Shown here piece after piece: positions 12,601 through 23,756 of a stretch of DNA of 64,000 bases. Within the stretch, counting starts at the first letter, position 1; every line of letters begins with the position of its first letter. Source of the stretch: Moniliella sp. 'wahieum' (taxonomy: Eukaryota). Position numbers and translations under genes: made by a program. The DNA lies in NCBI GenBank assembly GCA_003971905.1, contig RSEE01000048.1, positions 248,001-312,000 of the forward strand. Direction: 5' to 3'. The notes below the pieces were generated by a model. The model ran no database searches, had not been told where the DNA came from, and saw nothing but the letters and a program-made list of their open reading frames with translations.

Positions 12601-13371
12601 CTGTACTTCGCGCAGCGTCGCCACCACGTTGCCCGTCAGCGCCCGCAGCACCGCCGCTCCCACCACGCGATCCTGGTCCCCGCTGTCCTCACGGGGTGGA
12701 GCGCCTGCAGGCGGGGCGGAGGCCGTGGCGGGAGCGGTGGCAGCGAGCAGCTGGCCAGGTGGTGCGTCAGGCGCAGCGCCACATCCACCCGGCCCTGGTT
12801 CGCAGCCAGTCTACTACTAGCGCCGGAAGCTCGAGCAAGGGAGCGGCCTGGGCATCGGTGGCCACTGCCAGCTGGGCCAGCTGGCTGCGCTGGGAGATGG
12901 CCTCGGCCACAGGCGCACCAAATGCGGCGGCATGGGAGCGCAGGCGCGGGACCCGCGACGAAGCGTCCTGCACTGCTTCCTCGACTGCCGCCGCTGCGGT
13001 GGGCGCTGCCGAACGTGCCGCAGCAACGGCCGAGAAGGCACGGGCGTGGCGCACACACGCGGCGGCAGCGTGTGCCCGGGCCGCCGCCGACGCACTGGCC
13101 AGCGCGGCCGGGGACTCGATCGTGGCGGACAGCGGGCGGGTGGTGAGGGCAGCGAGGAAGGCGAGCGGCTGGCGGTCGGGCTCGGGGTGGGTCGGATGCG
13201 GACAGGGCCTGGGCCTGGCCAGGGATGGAGGGGTTAGCGGGCGCAGGAGGGGGGCTGGAGACGACGCACGATCTGGGCATAGGCAGCGGCATGGGCGGTG
13301 TCGTGGCGAGCGGCGTCGCTGGCTTCGCGCGCGATGAGGACAGCCAGCGGCGGGGCCTCGGCCACGGACAT
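9700..13371 (-). CDS. COG8: Conserved oligomeric Golgi complex subunit 8 (Dor1-like) with a long coiled-coil/repeat C-terminal extension; 3' end approximate
   Basis: ATG in accgccATG context at 13371, intron about 13270-13219. Dor1-like segments PLLELPALVVDW, GRVDVALRLTHHL, LCLAYSRTQY, AYIDTFRES, PLGADPLP, PLAAHHNAVLEALEVL across shifted frames, followed by an E/R/Q-rich coil and EKEQA repeats. Confidence 0.7.
10665..10980 (-). repeat. Coding 15-bp minisatellite encoding EKEQA/DREQA/EKAQA/QKEQA and LEQER pentapeptides
   Basis: Plus-strand unit of the form ggcttgctccttctc repeated roughly 15-20 times with higher-order blocks. Confidence 0.9.
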
Positions 13372-13628
13372 GGCGGTGGTGGGGGCGGTGGGGGCGGGCG
13401 AAGGCACGCGGGTGGCGCACGGAAGCGTCCAAGTGGGTGGTAGATCTGCCGATGGGATTGAACTTCAATGTTCAGCTGCACATGTGATGTCGCGGTGACG
13501 CCCAACGGAGATTGCAGGCCCAGCTGTGACATGGATGTGACGCCGCCAGCCGCGTGCCGCACTGCCCACGCCGTGCCTTCTCGCTTCGGCCTGCCCTGCC
13601 GCTCGCCACCCACACCACACCCACACCC

Positions 13629-15717
13629 ATGCCCGCCTCCACCGCCGCGTCTTCCCCCCCGCCCGCCCCGCCGCCAACCGGCTGCTCCCACCCCGCGCCC
13701 TCCGCCGCTCCCCCGACCATCTGCGTCGCTTCCGCGCCGGCCTGCGCTGGGGCCGCATGATCCGCGCCGGCCAGGTCATGATGGACGAGGACGACGAGCC
13801 GCCCGAGGGCGTGGATCGCAGCAGGCTTCTTCCCTACCCCGAGTGGCACCTGCACCGTCTCCCTCCACCGCCCCTTTCTCTGCCTCGAGTGTGCCCACGC
13901 CGCCTGCCACATCCCCGCCCGCCCGCCGGACCGGGCATCGACGACGAGAGCCACATGGCCCAGCATCTCAAGCAGGCCGACCATCCGCTTGCCGTCGAGA
14001 TCCATTCCGGCACCGTGCTGTGTGCCGCGTGCGACGACCTGGTATTCGATGCCCACCTCCACCACATTGTCCAGCAGGAACAACGCCGCGTTACCCACCC
14101 CACGCGCGGACGCAAACGTCACATCCCGCCTGATTGGGACGACAAGGAGGGTGAGTGGCGCAACCGGTCCGGTGTGAGATCCCCGCTGCTGACCACGATC
14201 TTGTGATACCAGATCTCAAACGCAGCCTGAGTGGAAACTAGTAGTGCCGTGCAAAGGTGAGTGGGCTGTCGGCTGGGCTGCGCAGCGTAGGGGAAACCGA
14301 CTGACTCTGAATTGTCTGCAGCGCCCCGAGGACTGCGCAACATGGGCGCAACGTGCTATATGAACGTCGTCCTCCAATCATTTTCCACAACCCCCTCCTG
14401 CGCAACTTTTTCCTTCGGATCGGCACAACAGCTCCTTGTGCACCAAGCGAGAAAATTGTTTGGCATGCGAGTTGGACTTGCTTTTCAACGAGGTATGGGT
14501 GTCTCCCCCACCCCGCTCCGTCTCCCCCCGTACCCCCTTGTCTGACCTTCGTGCTGCCATGTTTAGTTTTTTACAGGCGATGCCAACCTCACTGCGTTTG
14601 GACCGACCAACCTGCTCTTTACCCTCTGGCTTGCCCGCGAGAGCAACGAGATTGCCTCGACGGGGCAGCACGACCCATGAGTGTTTATCAGCATGGCCAA
14701 CGCCATGCACAGTGCGCTGACCCAGTCCAACTTGGGTGCTCCTCCTTGACGCAAACCGAGGAGAACGGTCGACATCGATCGTCGGCGCTGCCTTCGTGGC
14801 CATGGGAAGCCTTTTACCCTTCCCACGCGACCGGGGGCAGATGTCCCTGTGCGATTCACCGCACGTTTAGCGGAACGATTCAGTCGGACGTGACGTGTCA
14901 GCAATGTGGCCGGTGGAACTCGACCAAGACCCGTTTTTGGACATTAGCCTCGACCTCAAACCGCCCAAGCCGGCCGGCGCGTCCGCGTCGGCGCAACCCC
15001 CAAACCCGAATTGACTGATCGAGTGCCTCACACGGTACACCCGTGCCGAGTCGCTGGATGTGGCGGGATACAGTTGCCCCAACTGTGGGTCGGCGCAAGC
15101 GACCAAGCAGCTCAGCTTCCTACGGTTCCCCCCAGTCTTGTGCTTGCAACTCAAAGTGCGTGCCCCCCTCTTCCGCTTCCTTCTCCCCCTTCTCTTCTTC
15201 TTCTTCTTCTTGCTTTCCTTCCTGTGCGTGCGGACCTCTAGGATTGTATACTAACTGCGCCAATTGGACTGGATAGCGTTTCGAGCACAGTTCCTCGGCC
15301 AGCAAGATTGACAATCCCATCCGCTACCCGCTCGAGCTGGACGTGCGCGAGTTTGCCACCAGCATGGTCCAAGGCGAGGCGGACAAGACGTTGCAAGACC
15401 CCGAGTACGTTTTCTTTTGACTTGTTTGCTTTTGGCCTTTTGCTTCTTGCTTGCTCTTACTGGATCTCTTTCTTTCCGTTCGTGGTTGCTAACCTGTATG
15501 GACAGGGCGTACATCTACGATCTGTTTACCTCGGTGGTGCATGAGGGCACGCTTACCACTGGACTACACCAACTACTCCAAGTACCGGGATCAGTGGTAC
15601 TTTTATGACGATGACAAGGTCCGTCCCGTCCCGGCACGCCAAGCATTGAATGGCAACGCGTACCAACTGTGCTACCGCCGTCGCGGGTTGCACAACTTGA
15701 TCGCTACCGATGCCTAG
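13629..15717 (+). CDS. UBP8: Ubiquitin-specific protease with ZnF-UBP domain (Ubp8/USP22 type, SAGA DUB module)
   Basis: ZnF-UBP-like HMAQHLKQADHPLAVEIHSGTVLCAACDDLVFD, Cys box PRGLRNMGATCYMNVVLQS, IHRTFSGTIQSDVTCQQC, PPVLCLQLK|RFEH, His box VVHEGTL, WYFYDDDKV, NAYQLCY. Multiple introns; start approximate. Confidence 0.85.
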
Positions 15718-15949
15718 CCCCCGGCTTGTCTTGTTTCCCTGGTCGTCTGCTTTCCCACACCAAGGTGGGGTCGTTGTCTGTTTTTGCTTTCTCGATTTGT
15801 GCACATCGTATCTGATCGACTCGCTTGGCGAGATAGGTTAGGGCGCGCGCGGGGGGGTAAGGGCAGCAGTGCTTCGGACCCATGTATGATATAGATAGTA
15901 GCTCCGAATCCGAGCGAGCAACCGAATCCCAGTCCAACAACCCCCATTC

Positions 15950-18900
15950 CTACTTGAGTCCCAACTTGGCCCACGCATCGTCGAGCCCGTTGTCTGTCCT
16001 TGTTCTGGCTCGCATGCTCCAGCGTTCCATCGGCCTGGGTGGTCCTCCGCCGCATCGGCGGCAAAGTCAGTTCCCGCCACACGTGGCCCAGCGAGGCCAC
16101 ATCCTCAATCACCCCATCCACCCCCACCACCCGTCCACCCCGTCGGGCGCGTCGCGCGGCAAGGCGGGCCGGTAGGCATCGCCGACAAACCCAATCCGGT
16201 ACAACGTGCCGTCTTGGCACCCACAATCAAACTTTCGTGGTCCACCACCATGGCCAACGGGCGCGTGGCCGGCGCCTGCAGCGCTGCTTGGTGCGCCGCC
16301 CACGCTCCGGTCAGCGGGACAAACTGGCCGGTCGACCACGCCTCGGTCGCCGTCGCCTCGCCCTCCAAATCGGCCTCGGCACGCTTAGGTTCGTCGGAGC
16401 GGGCGTGGTACGTGCTGACATACAACCTCCGGTCCGAGCCCGAGTGGGAACTGAACGTGCTGCACACAATGCGTTGCTTGGCCGCGTCCACGGCGCCCGT
16501 CGCCATATCGGGCGCATGCAGTACCTCGACAATCCGAGGCGCAGCAGCCAAGTTGGGCGCATACCGCATCGCTCCCGTATACACACCTTGGGTCGTAACG
16601 GCCGGCTGGGACTCAACACCAGTCGGAAACAGTGCGGCGCCGGCGCCGACAAGTCGCCGCTCACGCTCCCCTCCTGCTTGCGCGCAAGCCGAGCCAACGG
16701 CGGCGCGCCCTTTCCCAACGCGCGCTGGGCCGCGGTGGCGCACTCTGGCTCGGCGTCCCGGCGGCCGATGGGGACCCGGTCCCGAAGGCGACCGAGTCGA
16801 CGTCCGGGACAGCGAACGGGGAGCGTGGCCTGGGTCGAAGCTGTGCTGGTCAGCGAGTCGGAGCGGGACCGCGTTGGATCGGTGGCGCCGGTGGGAGTAC
16901 GGGTGGGGGTGGTAGGTGTGCCAGGGATGGAAGGTGGCAAGGAGGCCCGGCTGGGCGTGCGGAGGGGAGTGCTCCGGCTTGGGGCGCGCGGCGGGGGCAG
17001 ACTGGGGCGGGAAGAGGGTTCGCGGCGAGTTCGCAGCGCGCTGGCCGCGGCCGAAGCCGAGCGGGCCGAGGCAAGCTTGCGGATCTCCGAGGGCGGGATG
17101 TAGGGCTCGACGGGGACAAAATGGTCTTGCCACTGCAAGTGGACCACGTCTGCTTGGATGCGACGGTGATCGTCTTGGCGCTGGCATGGAACCATTGGAG
17201 CATGGCCTTGGCCCCCAACGTCGACGGTCCGCCCAACTTGTGCAGGTCAAACTGCTGAATCATGCAGGCTTGCGGGATGGAAAGGTGCGGATCATGCCGT
17301 CGACTGTCACGGCCACAATCTTGGTCTGGTCCACAATCGACACGCCCCAAACTCACGTTGCTCTGCTGTCCAAACCGAACAATCTTGCTCCCCGAGCGCC
17401 AATCCCAAACGACAATGGCCTTGTCCTGTCCGCAGCTGATGAGGTAGTCCTGGCTGAGGGCGACATGGCGAATGCCCTTGTTGTGGCCACTGAGCGTCTG
17501 CAGCAGCTCCCACGTCTTCATGTCCCACACCATCACCCGCCCCGAGTCATACAGGCCGGCACAGAGGATGTTGTGGTCGGGCAAAAAGTCGAGGCAGCTG
17601 ATGGCCTTGGCCTGGAGCACTTTGGTGCACTTGCCCGTGCGCAGATCCCACACGCGCACCGTCTCGTCGTACGAGCCCGTGACGAGCGTGGTGCGGCCCT
17701 TGATCTTGATGCTTGTCACATAGCCCGTGTGGCCGGGGAAAAACGTAGGGTCTGGGCCAGGCCTTGGGCCCAGTTGCGTTCGCGCCAAAACAGGCCTTTG
17801 ACCAACCCTTCCCACCCGGCCGGGTCGGCGGCGGGCGACGGGGCACGGGGTCGCCCCAGGTCAAGCGGCGCGCATGGGACGCCCACAGCGCCGGCGCGCG
17901 CGACAGCTGGTCCACTTGGTGCACCTGGCGGCGCAGCGCAGCAGGGTGGGCACGTCGAGGTAGCGGAGGATGCGGAGGCTGATGGCGTCAGCGAGCTGGG
18001 TGAGGCAGTCGCGGGTGCGGCGCAGGCGCTGGTCCAGTTGGGTGGCCAGCACGGTGAGCTCGGCGGTGGAGCAGGCGTCGAAGAGGAGCGCGGCGAGCTG
18101 GAGGCGCTCGGCGTGGGACAGCTGGGCGAAGCGGCGCTGGATCTGGGCCGTGTGTGCGCCCACGCCGCCGGGCGCCAGCGCCTCGTCGGGCAGGAGCGGC
18201 GGCGGGGCGGCGGCGGCCTGCTGCGGCGCATCCAGCGCGGCGGCCGCAGCGGCACTGGCGGGCGGCTGGTACAGAATGCACGAGCGCCACCCAGCGCCTT
18301 GGCGGCATGCAGGTTGCCCCGCACATCGTCCACCACGTAGCACTGCGCCCCTGCGCCAGCCTGCACCGCCGCCTGCGCCTGCATGCATGCGCGCCGCAGC
18401 CGCAGCCCACACAGTCAGCCGAGCCAAGCAGCCACGAGCCAGGAGAGAGCGACGTACCGCCTGGTAGAACGCCCGGTCGGGCTTGCATGCGCCGCGGCCT
18501 GCGCATAGTCGCAGTACACACACGCCTCCACCCACCGCAGCAGGCCGAGGTGGTGCAGGCGGCGCCGGCGAGCGTCCTGTACGAGCTGGTCAGCGCCACG
18601 ACGCGGCACTGGGTGCGGTCCAGGCGCGCGAGCTGGTGCAGCAGCACGGGGTCCGGCTGCTGCACGTTGCCCAGCGGCAGCGACGCCTCGCACGCCTGCT
18701 CGAACGCCAGCGCGTCGGCGCCCCACTGCTCTGCCCAGCTGCGCACCGCGCGCCCGCCGAGCAGCTGTACGCCGCCTGCGCCTCCTCTGCTGCACGGGGC
18801 GGCAGGCCGAGCGCAAGCAGGTGGCGCAGGACGGCGTGGCTGCGCAGGCGCGCCAGGCGCGGCGTGCTGCACAGCGCACTGTCAAGGTCCACAAACACCA

Positions 18901-19096
18901 CTGCCCGTGCATCGTCCGGCGCGCCCGGGCCGCCATGGTACCACTCCACGCCCACCGCCGCGTCGGGGCCGAGGGCGCTTCCACTGCGTGGCGCGGGGCC
19001 AGTGCCACCAGCAGCCGGCTGCGGGCCTACGCTCTTGCGCGCTGTGGAGGGCGCTGTGCTGCTGCGCGGCTTCGATGGCCGCTCCTGCACCACCAT
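15950..19096 (-). CDS. Fusion protein: SDT1-like HAD (pyrimidine 5'-nucleotidase-type) domain + F-box + WD40 repeats
   Basis: HAD motifs VVFVDLD (18889), ALTSS, CDY..CKP (18484), CYVVDD (18330), then GWRSCILY running in frame into the F-box DCLTQLADAISLRILRYLDVPTL. WD40 repeats GHTGYVTSIK...LVTGSYDETVRVWD and GHNKGIRHV...LISCGQDKAIVVWD. Intron 18457-18379. 3' end approximate. Confidence 0.8.
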
Positions 19097-20175
19097 CGCG
19101 CCCAGAACCAACAGAGCTCAGAACCAGACGCAGCCACGAGCCACGGCGGATGGAAGCGGGAAAGAGTGTTAGGAAGATTAGATTGTCAGTGCACCATCGC
19201 TACTGTCACTCGCCCGCAGCAGCACAACGGTGCCCTCAACGTCTCAACCTCAACACGCAGCATCCGGCCACTGTTCCTGCGCCTGCTGCCCGCGCAATGC
19301 ACAATGGCCGTGTGGAGCAGCCACCGCACCATCACCCATTGCCCATCACCCATTCCACACGGCCATCCCTGCTGCACCAATCCATTCCGCATTCCGCCCC
19401 ACTGCCCCGCTTATTTACACCGACCCCACCCAGTCCTCACGCTACGCTCACCCCACAGTAGATACGCACACCAACCCGCGCCCCTGTCATGTGCCAAACG
19501 CCATGTGCAGCGCAGGAAGGATAGAGTGCACCGACCGACTGCCCCACCACCGTACCCGACTCTTTTCCCTTGCGCATCCACTCTTCTCACCATCACCACA
19601 CTTGAGCTGCGGGGAAATGCTTGCGCCATATGATGCGTTGATCCGCAGCGCTGGGGCCGGGTTGGAAACCCTCCATCACCAGAGATACAAGAAGAAAGAC
19701 GCTTGATGGCCCCAGAGGCGGCAATTGACATGACTCGGCCATCTGTGGGGGCTGAGCGTAAGAGTGCTCACCGGTCACCGTGCCACACACAGGATAGAGC
19801 TCCCGGACGGCCAACACGAGCGGGTCGTCCCAGCATTGTGGGAGGTCTTTTTGGGGGTTAGCGACATCGACAGTGAGGATCCAAAACAGAACCTGTGGCA
19901 CCGCAGCCTCGAACATGTTCGGAGTCTTTGGTGCCAGCCCAGCCACTTTTCACTCTCGTAATATGCCCTCGGCGCCGCGTCCTGCCAAATGAGGAGACCG
20001 CCCCAACAACCGCTGCGTTCACTTGACCACCGTCGCCTCGAATGGCCCTTTACCTCCATCATCGCTGGCTTTGGCTGCTGTTCACCCCGCTCGCTGTTGG
20101 TCCTTGACCTCTCTTTGTGCTTCTCCTCTGTTTCTCGGCAGAGACGAGCAGGACAGACGATCGACCACAAAAGGT

Positions 20176-20217
20176 TCAGCATTTAATATCCAACGTTCAT
20201 CTATCATCGATCATCGA
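20176..20217. repeat. Heptad array upstream of PP2A-A
   Basis: tcagcat ttaatat ccaacgt tcatcta tcatcga tcatcga (7-bp register). Confidence 0.7.
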
Positions 20218-20475
20218 ATGTTGAGGGCGGGGAGGTGTGATGTGATGCATGGGACGTCGCACGTGATGAGACGGGCCGTGCGACGGTGCTTGATTACGTC
20301 ACCTCCAAGCGGCCCGCCCGGCGTGGGCTCCTAGGGTTGTCTGGGACGGCGGCAGTGTCGCTCTGCACCCAGCGAGGGGCGAGGCGCAGCGGCCCCGATG
20401 CACGGGTGCCCCTCGCCCGCATCCACCACCTTCTCTTCGACACGCGCTGCGTTGCTGTGCTTGCCCTTGCCCCCC

Positions 20476-22487
20476 ATGGAGACGGACGAGCAGCTGTACC
20501 CCATCGCCGTCCTGATTGACGAGCTCAAGAGCGAGGATGTGAACCTGCGCCTCAACGCCATCCGCCGCCTTGGCACCATTGCCCTCGCCCTCGGCCCCGA
20601 GCGCGCACGCGGCGAACTCATCCCTTTCCTACAGGACAGTCTTGACGATGAGGATGAGGTTCTCATGGCCCTCGCCGAGGAGCTCAGTGTTTCCTTTGTT
20701 GATTACATTGGTGGGCCTGCGTACGCGCACCTGCTGCTCCCGCCGCTCGAGAACCTGGCCGCTGTCGAGGAGGCCGTCGTCCGCGACAAGGCGACCGAAT
20801 CGATCGCCAAGATCTCGACCGTGCTTAGCACGCAACAGATCGAGGAGTACTACATGGAACTTCTCCGTCGCCTTGCCACCGGCGACTGGTTCACCTCCCG
20901 CACCTCGGCCACCGCCCTCTTCACCCCGATTTACCCCAAGGTCAGCCTCCAGACCCAAGCTGAGCTCCGCGAGAAATTTGCCAAGCTCTGTGCCGATGAG
21001 ACGCCCATGGTGCGGCGTGCGGCGGCCCGCGATCTTGCTGTATGTTGATCCACCCGATTTCCGCGCCCGAAGGATGCGACTGACCTAGGACTGCACTTTT
21101 CAGGCGTTTGTAAAGGTGCTGGGCAAGGAGTTGGTGGTGAGCGATGCCATCCCGCTTTATCGCCGGTTGTCGTCAGACGACCAAGATAGCGTACGCCTGT
21201 TGACAGTGGAGGACTTGGTCGCCATCTCGGAGGAGCTCGCGCCGGAGGAAGTAGCGGGCTATATGCTCCCCTCGATCCGCGCTTCGGTTGGAGACAAGAG
21301 CTGGCGGGTTCGGTACATGGCGGCTGACAATTTTGTCAAATTGGCCACGGCGGTGGGCCAAGAGATTGTCCGGAGCGAGCTGGTGGTTGCGTTTGTACAT
21401 CTGCTTCAAGATAACGAGGCCGAAGTGCGCACGGCGGCAACAAGCCAGCTTCCCGGGTTTTGCAAACTGATCAATGATCCTGCCATCGTGCTGTCTCCCA
21501 TTCTCCGCGCCATTCGCGACCTTTCCAACGACGCTAGTCAACACGTTCGGGCTGTTTTGGCCTTGCAGATCTCGGGGTTGGCACCGCTGCTGGGCAAAGA
21601 GGCGACGACTGAGCACCTCCTGCCTATCTTTTTGAGCTTGCTCAAGGATGACTTTCCGGATGTGCGGCTTCACATCATTTCCAAGTTGGACCAAGTTAAT
21701 CAGGGTATGTGTTTTTGTGGACTGCATTCGCTTGATGGTGGACTGATACAATTCTGGTGACAGTGATCGGTATTGACTCGCTCTCGCAGTCGCTTCTGCC
21801 TGCGATTGTTGAGCTGGCCGAGGACAAGCAGTGGCGTGTACGGGAGGCGATTATTAACTACATCCCGCTCCTCGCCCAGCAGCTCGGCAAGACCTTCTTT
21901 GACGAGCAGTTGTCGGTGCTGTGCATGACCTGGCTGGGGGATACAGTTTTCTCCATTCGGGAAGCAGCGACGGTCAACCTGCGCAAGTTGACCGAGACGT
22001 TTGGGGTGGAGTGGGCCCAACAAGCCATCCTGCCCAAAGTGTTGGAGCTGGGCAAGCACCCCAACTACCTCTACCGCATGACGACCATCTTTGCCATCTC
22101 CACCATGGCGCCGGCGCTGGATCGGCCGACGATCGCCAAGACGGTCCTGCCCACCGTTTCGGCCCTGATGGCCGACCCAATTCCCAACATCCGGTTCAAT
22201 GTGGCCAAGGCACTCGAAGTGCTTGCCCATCTGCTGCTGGGCACACGCGACCCAGACCCGGCCCCGGGCGCTGGGCCGCCGCCGAAGGCGAGGCCAAGAC
22301 CCACGACTCGCCGCCCGCCGCTGCCCCCCTCACCCCGGCCGACCAACAATTGGCGCACGAGGCGCTGCAGACGACCATCCTGCCCGGCCTGGCCAAATTG
22401 AAGGACGACCCAGATGCAGATGTGCGGTACTTTGCCCAAAAGGCGTTCACCTCCTTGCCCGCCTCGGTGCTGGCAGGGCATGTGTGA
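20476..22487 (+). CDS. TPD3: Protein phosphatase 2A scaffold/regulatory subunit A (HEAT repeats)
   Basis: [99 protein letters not shown]. Introns about 21040-21103 and 21705-21763. Confidence 0.97.
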
Positions 22488-23579
22488 AAATGATTGATTG
22501 GGGTGGCACATGGTGCATGGCACATGGCACGTGCCTTGCTTGCCCGCTTGTCCCCTCTCCCTTTCGTTTCCGCCGCCGTCTTTTGCCAGGACTTGGGGCT
22601 TCGGTTGCGCCAGAGCCGGCGCCGAGCGGGGCGAGCGGGGGGTAGGAGATTGCACGTGGAATCTACATAACCCGATCGGGATTGCGCGTGGGGACGAGGG
22701 TTGCTGCGGTGGAGCGTGCGGGCGCAGCGGTGCCAGAGGGTGGGACAGTTGTTGTAGGACCACTGAGTGCTGACTTGAACTACGGGTCAGCGGGCTCCCG
22801 CCTAGAGCCTACTACGCACCCCCGTGTCGCTGTCAGTGCCGCGCCAGAAGCTAGTATCGAAGGCACAGTCGGAACACAGCAGGCCTCCCAGGGGGTGTGC
22901 AAGTGAGGCCACGTGAGCGCGTGAGGCCTGAGGCACAGGAGGGTCGTGCGGGGCGCGGTGCGGGCGGCGAGGGAATGGGGCAAGGGAGGTGCCTAGAAGA
23001 CAGAGAGTCAACGTTCGGCTGAAGCGAATGCAGCGCATGTTGGTTGCCACCTTCGATCTGCGCCCGTGGGGGAAGGGCGGGGCAGGCGCCGAGGCAAGTG
23101 ACTACGACAGAGAGCGACGCAACGCAAAAACAAAACAAAGCCAAGCAAAACAACGCAGACCAGAGCAGGACGCCGCCACGCCATTGCTGGCTGCGGCCCT
23201 TGCGTCGCAGAAGCGGCTGCGATCGGTCCAGATTGCAACGATCCCAGCCTGGACGCGGTGGGTGGTGAGTGGTGCGTAGTGCGCAGGAGTTGAACGTTGC
23301 ATCACCCATCATACCCATTATGCATCATCGATCATCGTGCGATGGCAGGATGGCAGGCGCGCGCATCGGGAATGCTAATGCGCCCACGTGACGTCATCCA
23401 TTCCGGAGGGTGTTGCGAGCGGGAGCGCAGGGGCGGTGTGTGCTGCCCCACATGCCTGGCGCCGCACTGGGAGTGGAAAAGCGCGCAGGGCGGAATGCGC
23501 GGGCGGGCGGAAGCACGTGCGGCGTGCACCGCTGAGGCGCAGCACAACAGCCAGCGCGCCAGCACAGCCCTGGGCAAGG

Positions 23580-23607
23580 TGAACGGTGAACCATCAAGCT
23601 TCAAGTG
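23580..23607. repeat. Heptad array upstream of the zinc-finger-like gene
   Basis: tgaacgg tgaacca tcaagct tcaagtg. Confidence 0.7.
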
Positions 23608-23756
23608 TTGGGCAGTCACGTGATGGCCCGCTGGCGCGTGGCGGCTGCAGCGGGAATCAACAGCGGGTGGGCTCGGGTGGCCCGCAGGATGGGCGGCCAG
23701 CCCCCCGTCTTCCTTCTCCTCATCTGCCCGCGCTGCGCAGAGCCTTGGACAAGCCC

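Noticed and set aside
15555..15575. Apparent loss of the catalytic His in UBP8 (TTG-YTNY)
   Set aside because: A deletion breaks the frame exactly here; most likely an assembly error in GGA-CAC-TAC.
22240..22360. Insertion in the last HEAT repeat of PP2A-A
   Set aside because: Variable insertions at this position are, to my knowledge, common in fungal orthologues; it also contains an indel artefact.
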